64,000 bases of DNA, from IMG/VR virus record IMGVR_UViG_3300021368_000002; one strand, 5' to 3'. The notes below the pieces were generated by a model. It worked only from the letters and a program-made list of their open reading frames with translations. It made no database searches and was not told the origin of the DNA. Made by a program: the position numbers and the translations under genes. Positions within the stretch are counted from its first letter, which is position 1. Every line of letters begins with the position of its first letter. This DNA comes from a virus. Its lineage: Duplodnaviria; Caudoviricetes. Shown piece after piece: positions 54,201 to 61,089 of the stretch.

Positions 54201-55508
54201 TGTTGCACCTACTAGATTCCAAAATGTACCATTAGAATCCAAGTCCGGTCTATTGCTTGCATTATCTGAAGTATGGTTTTGTTGAGCTACATAAGCGTTG
54301 TCGCTATATTTAACAAGATCGCCTATTTTGTATGCAGTAGCATCTGCCCAGTCGCCCTGCCATGCAAAACCTTCGTTTAGTTTGCTCCAATATGTTGTGT
54401 TTGGTGGTTCTTGTCCTGTGCTATCTGCTGTTGCAAGATATGTGTATCCATTTACTCGGACAACATCGCCCACTTTGTATGCTGTAGCAACATCCCAATC
54501 ACCTTGTAGGTTAAATCCTGTAATATATACGTCCCAGTCAGTAGTAGCAGTTGAAGGTGTACTACCTGAATGGTTTGTTTTTGCAACATATGTATATCCA
54601 CCGTACGATACAATATCTCCAGGTTGATAAACAGTTGCTACGTTCCAGCTATCTTCAAATTCTAAACCAGGTAAGAAAACTTCCCAATTAGATTGATCTG
54701 TTTGGAATAAACTTGTGCTAGTGTGGTATGTTGTACAAATCCAAAGACTTGGGCCGTTTTTAACAATGTCGTTTACTACATATCTTGTGTTTTGCTGCCA
54801 TGCTGATCTATAATTAATACCTTGATGATAAACATTCCAATTTGCAATATCATTTTCTAATCCTAAAGCAGCATCAGATGTTGATGTGTGTCCTGTGATA
54901 GCAATATAGATAAACCCGTTATATTTTACGATGTCATCTTTCTTGTATCTAGTTGATATTGCCCAATCACCTTTCCAATCAATTCCTGGAGTGAATTCAT
55001 TCCAATTAGCAATATCATCTTCTAAACCATCAGTAACAGTTTCGGCACTAGTATGCGCTGTTGCACATATGTATGTTGTACCGCCATACTTAGCAATGTC
55101 GTTAACTTTATATTTTGTGTTTATTGTCCAAGCGCCAGTATATGAAAGCCCTTCAGCAAAAATATCCCACTTAGACTGATCGTCTTCTAAGCCTAGTGCA
55201 TTTGTAGCAGCAGATGTGTGTCCTGTGTTACAAATGTAAATGTATCCGCCGTTTCTAACAATGTCGTTAACTTTAAAATATTTGTTAACTACCCAGTCGC
55301 CTTCCCATGTTAGACCGTCGCCGAATTGTTGCCATTTAGGTTGAACATCGTTTAAATCAGTTTCTAGGTTTGCAGCACCTGTGTGTGCAAGTATACATAT
55401 GAAGGTTTTACCTCCATACTGTACAATATCATCTCGTACGTACTCAGTTCCTGTCGCCCAGGCACCTTTCCAAATAAATCTAATTCTACCAAGTTTAAAC
55501 TCAGCCAT
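51240..55508 (-). CDS. large tail fibre/spike: eight CBM5/12-like repeats, phycobiliprotein-like insert, beta-helix, conserved C-terminus
   Basis: W...T.Y..DIV..GG..Y.C...H repeats; YYVSPQG.D; start MAEFKL at 55508 behind GGGGAG. Confidence 0.8.
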   Translation of the reverse strand: MAEFKLGRIRFIWKGAWATGTEYVRDDIVQYGGKTFICILAHTGAANLETDLNDVQPKWQQFGDGLTWEGDWVVNKYFKVNDIVRNGGYIYICNTGHTSAATNALGLEDDQSKWDIFAEGLSYTGAWTINTKYKVNDIAKYGGTTYICATAHTSAETVTDGLEDDIANWNEFTPGIDWKGDWAISTRYKKDDIVKYNGFIYIAITGHTSTSDAALGLENDIANWNVYHQGINYRSAWQQNTRYVVNDIVKNGPSLWICTTYHTSTSLFQTDQSNWEVFLPGLEFEDSWNVATVYQPGDIVSYGGYTYVAKTNHSGSTPSTATTDWDVYITGFNLQGDWDVATAYKVGDVVRVNGYTYLATADSTGQEPPNTTYWSKLNEGFAWQGDWADATAYKIGDLVKYSDNAYVAQQNHTSDNASNRPDLDSNGTFWNLVGATAEENVLTTDGDILYYSGAGPTRLPIGDPGQVLKVDTAGTGVEWDYFGLVDNVYYVSPQGTDSPAPTYGITADRPWLTVAYACSQILNATTRVNAKYLLDQNIDFIAAETVEWVDYQIANAIAPFTGAFTYDKTKCLRDMKRIVKHVGYDISHGGNVETRKAAQSYFTTAGASYVAGQETETVAAINYSLDVVAAVLGNTPPATNYQTENSVATPVTQVIDVAYTAETDAESTYDSLVSHITAAITAGNLSSLPAEQVIHNTLYVKTGTYAEALPISVPSHTAIVGDELRSTRITPDGDSLTENMFYVRNGCGIRNCTLAGLTGTLGAANSYGTSRPSAGAYVSLDPGEGVDDRLVWIHNKSPYIQNVSTFGTACIGLKVDGDLHAGGNDSIVANDFTQILSDGIGYWVTNLGRSELVSVFTYYNHIGYLAENGGKIRATNGNNSYGDFGSVAEGIDTTETPITGTVNNYYAEAIINSVFTDGSRILALEYENAGVNYTTASYSFVGEGIGASVSAVNTRTNGVFAVQLTNPANNYGGADYTTALNNAQSGTSTTITISNTDTANSADYVGMAIYIEDGVGVGQYAYIDTYNAGTKIATVKKMSDDTAGWDHLVPGTAIETTLDQTSNYRIEPRVTFADPVTGTTARGRAKVAGDKIFKIVIIEPGTGYDPASPPTMTITDPNNTVDVPHTVRVGSGVLAQPTFADRGTGYETASADVTGDGYADILQSGKYVYVENLTDEPQPGANIQIAGDSTIYKLVQLFELGGSGPYTARLQLSPEIPVDGEPAHAAAVTHRIRYSQVRLTGHDFLDIGTGNFTQTNYPGIPLQNPTPANETVEGGGGRVFYTSTDQDGNFRVGDLFTVEQATGTATLDADNFSVSGLQELQLGSVSLGGTSATIKEFSTDGTFAADSDEIVPTQRAIRTYINSQIGGGAATLNVNTLVAGVVQISGNTITTTDSSGITIDKPINFEAGLSGTPLALQYFLNS
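51628..51686. repeat. 59-nt direct repeat copy 1 (58/59 identical to 55956..56014)
   Basis: Base-by-base comparison. Confidence 0.95.
52990..53027. repeat. 38-nt direct repeat copy 1 (37/38 identical to 58263..58300)
   Basis: Base-by-base comparison. Confidence 0.95.
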
Positions 55509-55542
55509 CCGGTTCACTCTCCCCTAACTGGCGTTATACAGT

Positions 55543-55548
55543 TATTTA
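55543..55548 (-). promoter_or_regulatory. late-type promoter gaTAAATA
   Basis: In the intergenic gap between the two fibre paralogs. Confidence 0.6.
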
Positions 55549-55558
55549 TCACTTTCCA

Positions 55559-58500
55559 CTACTTAGCTGTGAAAAGGTTTTGTTGTAGTCCCACTCCTGA
55601 CATTCCTCCAATAGCAGTGACAGGTGCTGTAACTTTCAAAGACGTGCTTTCGCCCGACGGTAACAATCCTATTGTTTTATTTTGTATTTGAACGTCTCCT
55701 GCAATAAGTGTGTTAGCATTAACAACAGCACCACCACTTGAAATACGTGCTTCAAAATATCCTGCAATCGCTCGTTGAGTAGGCACAATATTGTCGCTAT
55801 TAGCAACAAATGTTTGGTCTTTTGAAAATTCTCTAACAACAGCACTTGTACCGCCTAATACAATACCACCTAATACAAGCTCATCTAATCCAGATAAGTC
55901 AAACTGGCTTGCACTAATTGTCACAACACCAGTAGCTTGGTCAACTTTAAACAGTTCGCCAACTCTAAAGTTACCATCTTGATCTGTTGATGTATAGAAT
56001 ACTCTACCACCGCCTGAACCAACTGTTTCTTGGAACTGTCGAGGTGTATTTTCACTTGTGTATCCAAATACATATCTATTAGGATATGCAGTTTCTGTAA
56101 AGTTACCTGTGCCTATATCTAAGAAGTCATGTCCTGTTAATCTTATTTGACTATATTTTTGTCTAATTTCTACTTGCGTGTCATGTTGTGGAGCAGTATT
56201 AGTATCTAAATTTGGAGTAATTTGTAATCTAGCTGTAAGATTTGGTTCTGTACCCGTTACATCTTCAATTTTTTGTATACTAAATTGTGCTCCTGGTAAT
56301 GATCCAAATGTAAGAGCATCACCTGGACCAGGAATTCTTAAAAGATCTTTAACAAATATAATACCACTGCTTGGGAATATATCTGCATATCCATCTCCTA
56401 ATATTTCTACAGATGCCCGTGTATATTCGATACCGCCACTAGTTAAAAACGGTTGTGCTAAAACGCCATCGTTTACTCTAAATTGATACACAGCATCTAT
56501 AGTTGAGTTTTGATCGTAAATTATTCCCTCTGGCAGAGTGTTATACCCAGCACCTGGATTTACAATATTAATCTGGTCTAAGCTCTGACTTCTCACACTA
56601 CATCTTGCAATAGCAGGTGTACCATATGTAATAGGAGTAATAGTGCTTGCACTACTGTTATTGGCAGGAATGTAATAGTGCTGCCCTGTGCATGAAATCA
56701 AATTAACTGCTCTAACGTCAACACCTCCAGTAGGAGTAAGTGGATACCAATTAATTGCATCAACACTAGCAACTGTTGCACCTGTATTTGCCATAGCAAA
56801 ATATAATCCTTGTTCACCTGTTACATACCATGTAGCAATACTTGTTTCTGTAAGATTACTTGGATTTGGTTTAATGCTTTCTTGTAAATTAAATACAGGT
56901 GTTTGATCACCTGAAACATGGGCAACTACAGTTCTTGCCGGATTAACAGAAGTTGAGTCTCTAACCATTGCTACAAATGATCTCGGTCCACCATCAAAAT
57001 CTGTTACAATGTAATTAGCAGGTAAAGGTAATCCTGACTGATTGTTACCTTGTATCCATGAACTTCCACTATCTTTTGATTCGTAGATATTTCCGTTTGT
57101 ATCGCAAACCATCCAATAATCGCCAGATACTCCTACAAAATTAAACCCAGATCCTAATCCAGTTGTTGATGTAGTCCAGCTGCTTCCGCCATCGGTAGAT
57201 ACATAAATGGCATCTGCTGACGGATTAGTAACCATAACAACATTACCTTGTGCTTTTATGTCGCTAAATGCTGTTCCTGGTATTGTGCCTGCGCTCCAAT
57301 TTATTCCATCTGCTGATGTTTTACTATTTCCACTTGCGCCTATTGCAATAAATTTGTCATTTACCCAAACACATCCTATCCAGTCATCGGAGTCAGAAAC
57401 TGATGCATTTGTCCAACTTGTACCTCCGTCTGTACTGTATGAAAACACACTGCCTTGAACACTTGTTAAAACTACAGTATTTTCACCATCAGTAGCAGAA
57501 GCACCAATTCTCTTAAAACTACCAGTAGATACAGATCCAGCGTTAAATCCAGGTTTGTTTATGTCTAAATATGGCTCTATAGAATATCTTGTAGTTCCAT
57601 CTAAACTAGATTCTATTGGTTTGCCTTCTATTATTGTATTCCATCCCGGTTGACCCCATATGTTAGTAATTGTTGCAACTTTTGTGGAAAAATCATATGT
57701 ATCGATTTTGCCCCATTGACCTGCACCTATACCTTTAATAATCCATATACACATACCTACATAATCATTAGACACATTTTCGTCAGCTGCTGCTAATGTA
57801 ATTTGTGTTTCAGATCCAGCTTGAGCATTATTTTCAATTCTTCTAAATCCAAAACCACCAGCTGTTGAAGAGTCGTCAGCATCTAATAAACGTACTTGAG
57901 ATACTCCGCGTTTTCTAAAATCGTTATAGGTTAAGTTAGCACTTACCCCAGACCCTGTAACTGTTGTAGTTGCGTTTGAATATTCTTGTCCTGCGTGTTC
58001 GTACACCAACCCTACAACCCTATCATCATTGTCAATAATTGTAGCTTCAACTAGTGCTTCACTTGTTCGGTTATCTAAAACTGCACTAATTGCTGATTCT
58101 GCTGTGTTCGATCCTTCTGCAACAGATCCATAATCTCCGTAGGAATTATTTCCGTTTGTAGCTCTTAACTTACCGCCGTTTGTAGCAAGATAACCTATAT
58201 GGCAATAGTATGTAAATACAGAAACAAGTTCAGACTTTCCTTCTTCATTTGCCCAATAACCGATACCATCACTTAGAATTTGTGTAAAGTCGTTAGCAAC
58301 CATTGACTTGTTACCACCATCGTGTAACTCTCCATCAATTTTCATACCTATACATCCTGTTCCAAATGTTGTAACATTTTGGACGTAAGGAGATTTACTA
58401 GTAATCCAAACACTTTGGTCTGTAGGTCCTGTTCCAGGATCTAGTGCAACATATGCTCCTGCATTAGGTCTACGTGTAAAATATGAATTTTGTTCACCTA

Positions 58501-60673
58501 ATTCACCATTTAATCCTTGTAAAGTACAATTTCTTAACCCTGTTCCATTATGCATTCTAAACATATCACTTAGTTCAAATGTTGGAGCAGGTTTTATTAC
58601 TGTGCTTCTAAGTTCGTCACCTACTATAGCAGTATCTGTAGGAACAACTATAGGAAGAACTTCTGAATATGTACCCGTTTTTACAAATATTGTTGCAGGG
58701 CGTCTACCTGCATCAGCACCAACATATTCACAAGCATATTTAATTGTTCTAAACGGACTTCCTTCAGTTCCTGCTGTAGGAATATCTTGCCCTCGTAGCG
58801 AAACATAATATGTATTATCGGCGAAATTTAACGAATCCCAAGTAACAATATTTGTGTTATCTACTACTAATGTAGATCCTACAGAACCTACAGGTTTTCT
58901 TACATCTGCTCCGTCTTCTCTAGTTTTAAGGTCTCCCCTGTTGTTTAGAACGTTTGTTGCACTGCCTTCATAAAAAGTTTCCCAGTAACTGCCGTCGTCA
59001 ACATTAGGAGCAACTAAACTACTATCATCTGACGAGTGAGATTGTATACATACATATGAACTGCCTGCAAAACCGACTACATCGCCTAAAGTATAATATG
59101 TTGCTTCTTGCCAAGGGCCTTTCCAATCGTTACCTGTAACAATTTTAACCCAACTTGAACTATCACTAGTAAATGTAATACCATTAGTGTCATACATTCC
59201 TGAATGGTTAACACATACAATGTAAATAGTACCTGCGTTTGGAGCAACTAATTCTATACTTCTTGAGGTTTCAGCATCGTCAAAGTTATCAAAATAATCT
59301 TCTCGTGTGCTTGCCACTCCGTCTATTCTATATGTAACATTTGTTTCATAATAATTGTAACTACCGCCATCATGATGACCGTTTTGTGTTGTGCTAAAAT
59401 ATATTGCGTGTCCTGAATTTGTAATACTTGATTGATCAAAAACGTAAGTATTACCAGCTACTAAATTAAGTGCAGGGGATTGAGTATTATTTACAAAATA
59501 CTTATTAGAAGAATTTACGTTTTCTACTGTAACTGTATAAGTTATAGTCTGAATAGGTTCAAAAGGATAAGAACTTGTATCTTGGATTGCACTAAAAATA
59601 TTACCGCCTTCACGAATTGTATCTCCTGAATAATAATATGTATTTTCAGTCCATTGACCTCTCCAATTATAACCTTCAACTACGATTTCCCAATTTGGAC
59701 TTCCTGCAGGTAAGTTACCTAAATTGTTATCTAGCAAACTTCTATAACTATATCCACCATACATAACAATATCACCATACTGATATGTTGTTAGTGAATT
59801 ATATAATGTTTCGTATCCTGTTCCTGGAATATAAAGTTGAAATGCGCCTTGTGGAAACTCTGTAGTGTTTGTAAGTGTGATACATTTTTGGAGACTACTT
59901 CCTACTCTTACAACATCGCCTACAAGATAAGTTGTATTGGCTGTCCATGTGCCCATGTAACGAACACCATCTAAAATTAATTCCCAGTTGCTACTATTGC
60001 CTTCTAAACCTATTAACGCACTTGCATCACTTGAATGTCCTACTGTACATCTGTATAGTCTTGCACCATATCTTACAATATTATCTTTATAATATCTAGT
60101 TGCTACGGTCCAGGTATTTCTCCATTGTGACCCTCTGTTTACATAGGTCCAATTTACAATATCGTTTTCTAAGCCTTGCGAAGCATCTGACGCAATATGT
60201 CCGGTAGTACAAATATATGTTGATCCGTTGTAATTTATTACATCACCTAATTCATACTGTCTACCTGCAACCCAAAAATCTCGCCAGTCAAAAGTTGTAG
60301 CGACAAAATCCCAATAGTCTATATTTTCAACTAGTCCGTCTATAGATAAATCAGCACTTGTATGACCTGTATTTGCTTTATATAAAGTTGCACCATACTT
60401 GACTATTTCGTTTTGTTCATACTTTGTTTGTGTTGTCCACAAACCTCTCCATTTTTGTCCATCTGACATTAATTCCCAGCGTGGTTCTGGATTGCCATAT
60501 TGATCTACTGCGTTTAAATCATTATCAAATGTGGCCGGATCAGCAATGTGTCCTATTAAACAAACGTAAATTTTACCGCCATTTGATACAATATCGTCTT
60601 GATTGTAAGATATGCCAGATCCGTGTGGACCTCTCCAAACATATTTAAATCGTGTAATATTAAACTCTGCCAT
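55559..60673 (-). CDS. large tail fibre/spike paralog: eight CBM5/12-like repeats, cupredoxin insert, beta-helix, BNR propeller
   Basis: Same scaffold as the 1425-aa protein; S.DGG.SW BNR repeats; CVNHSGM. Confidence 0.8.
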   Translation of the reverse strand: MAEFNITRFKYVWRGPHGSGISYNQDDIVSNGGKIYVCLIGHIADPATFDNDLNAVDQYGNPEPRWELMSDGQKWRGLWTTQTKYEQNEIVKYGATLYKANTGHTSADLSIDGLVENIDYWDFVATTFDWRDFWVAGRQYELGDVINYNGSTYICTTGHIASDASQGLENDIVNWTYVNRGSQWRNTWTVATRYYKDNIVRYGARLYRCTVGHSSDASALIGLEGNSSNWELILDGVRYMGTWTANTTYLVGDVVRVGSSLQKCITLTNTTEFPQGAFQLYIPGTGYETLYNSLTTYQYGDIVMYGGYSYRSLLDNNLGNLPAGSPNWEIVVEGYNWRGQWTENTYYYSGDTIREGGNIFSAIQDTSSYPFEPIQTITYTVTVENVNSSNKYFVNNTQSPALNLVAGNTYVFDQSSITNSGHAIYFSTTQNGHHDGGSYNYYETNVTYRIDGVASTREDYFDNFDDAETSRSIELVAPNAGTIYIVCVNHSGMYDTNGITFTSDSSSWVKIVTGNDWKGPWQEATYYTLGDVVGFAGSSYVCIQSHSSDDSSLVAPNVDDGSYWETFYEGSATNVLNNRGDLKTREDGADVRKPVGSVGSTLVVDNTNIVTWDSLNFADNTYYVSLRGQDIPTAGTEGSPFRTIKYACEYVGADAGRRPATIFVKTGTYSEVLPIVVPTDTAIVGDELRSTVIKPAPTFELSDMFRMHNGTGLRNCTLQGLNGELGEQNSYFTRRPNAGAYVALDPGTGPTDQSVWITSKSPYVQNVTTFGTGCIGMKIDGELHDGGNKSMVANDFTQILSDGIGYWANEEGKSELVSVFTYYCHIGYLATNGGKLRATNGNNSYGDYGSVAEGSNTAESAISAVLDNRTSEALVEATIIDNDDRVVGLVYEHAGQEYSNATTTVTGSGVSANLTYNDFRKRGVSQVRLLDADDSSTAGGFGFRRIENNAQAGSETQITLAAADENVSNDYVGMCIWIIKGIGAGQWGKIDTYDFSTKVATITNIWGQPGWNTIIEGKPIESSLDGTTRYSIEPYLDINKPGFNAGSVSTGSFKRIGASATDGENTVVLTSVQGSVFSYSTDGGTSWTNASVSDSDDWIGCVWVNDKFIAIGASGNSKTSADGINWSAGTIPGTAFSDIKAQGNVVMVTNPSADAIYVSTDGGSSWTTSTTGLGSGFNFVGVSGDYWMVCDTNGNIYESKDSGSSWIQGNNQSGLPLPANYIVTDFDGGPRSFVAMVRDSTSVNPARTVVAHVSGDQTPVFNLQESIKPNPSNLTETSIATWYVTGEQGLYFAMANTGATVASVDAINWYPLTPTGGVDVRAVNLISCTGQHYYIPANNSSASTITPITYGTPAIARCSVRSQSLDQINIVNPGAGYNTLPEGIIYDQNSTIDAVYQFRVNDGVLAQPFLTSGGIEYTRASVEILGDGYADIFPSSGIIFVKDLLRIPGPGDALTFGSLPGAQFSIQKIEDVTGTEPNLTARLQITPNLDTNTAPQHDTQVEIRQKYSQIRLTGHDFLDIGTGNFTETAYPNRYVFGYTSENTPRQFQETVGSGGGRVFYTSTDQDGNFRVGELFKVDQATGVVTISASQFDLSGLDELVLGGIVLGGTSAVVREFSKDQTFVANSDNIVPTQRAIAGYFEARISSGGAVVNANTLIAGDVQIQNKTIGLLPSGESTSLKVTAPVTAIGGMSGVGLQQNLFTAK
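55956..56014. repeat. 59-nt direct repeat copy 2
   Basis: Matches 51628..51686. Confidence 0.95.
58263..58300. repeat. 38-nt direct repeat copy 2
   Basis: Matches 52990..53027. Confidence 0.95.
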
Positions 60674-60686
60674 ATTCTACTTCTTC

Positions 60687-61055
60687 CTAAACATCGGTTG
60701 GATATTCGTAACCTTGGTTAATTCTAACAACAAATTCGCCGTCATCGTTTATGTAATAATATACGTTTCTATCATCCCAACGGAATTGTTCATAATTTAA
60801 ATTCCTATAAACTATATTATGATACGTATCTCTACCTTCAAAAAAGTCTTGTCCTGGTTGGAAATTAGGGTAATCTTGGCTAGGATCATCACCAACGTTA
60901 TTAATTTGAATACCGTCGGCTACGTCAAGTTGATCAACTTTTGCAAAATGTAAATATCCGTCTGGGTCTCTTCTAAGTCCATAAAAATATCTTGCACCCT
61001 GTAAGGAATCTTGTAAAACTCCTACATCATTACCTACATAAAAATCTGACATCAT
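60687..61055 (-). CDS. hypothetical tail-locus protein (122 aa)
   Basis: GGAG Shine-Dalgarno and late motif at 61072-61077. Confidence 0.7.
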   Translation of the reverse strand: MMSDFYVGNDVGVLQDSLQGARYFYGLRRDPDGYLHFAKVDQLDVADGIQINNVGDDPSQDYPNFQPGQDFFEGRDTYHNIVYRNLNYEQFRWDDRNVYYYINDDGEFVVRINQGYEYPTDV

Positions 61056-61071
61056 TTATCTCCAGTTATTG

Positions 61072-61077
61072 TATTTA
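61072..61077 (-). promoter_or_regulatory. late-type promoter gaTAAATA
   Basis: Intergenic, upstream of the 122-aa gene. Confidence 0.6.
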
Positions 61078-61089
61078 TCAAGTTACGTT

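Noticed and set aside
47631-58300. Diversity-generating retroelement acting on adhesins or fibres
   Set aside because: No reverse transcriptase in the window; the repeats lie within coding paralogs and have one mismatch each, with no adenine-specific pattern.
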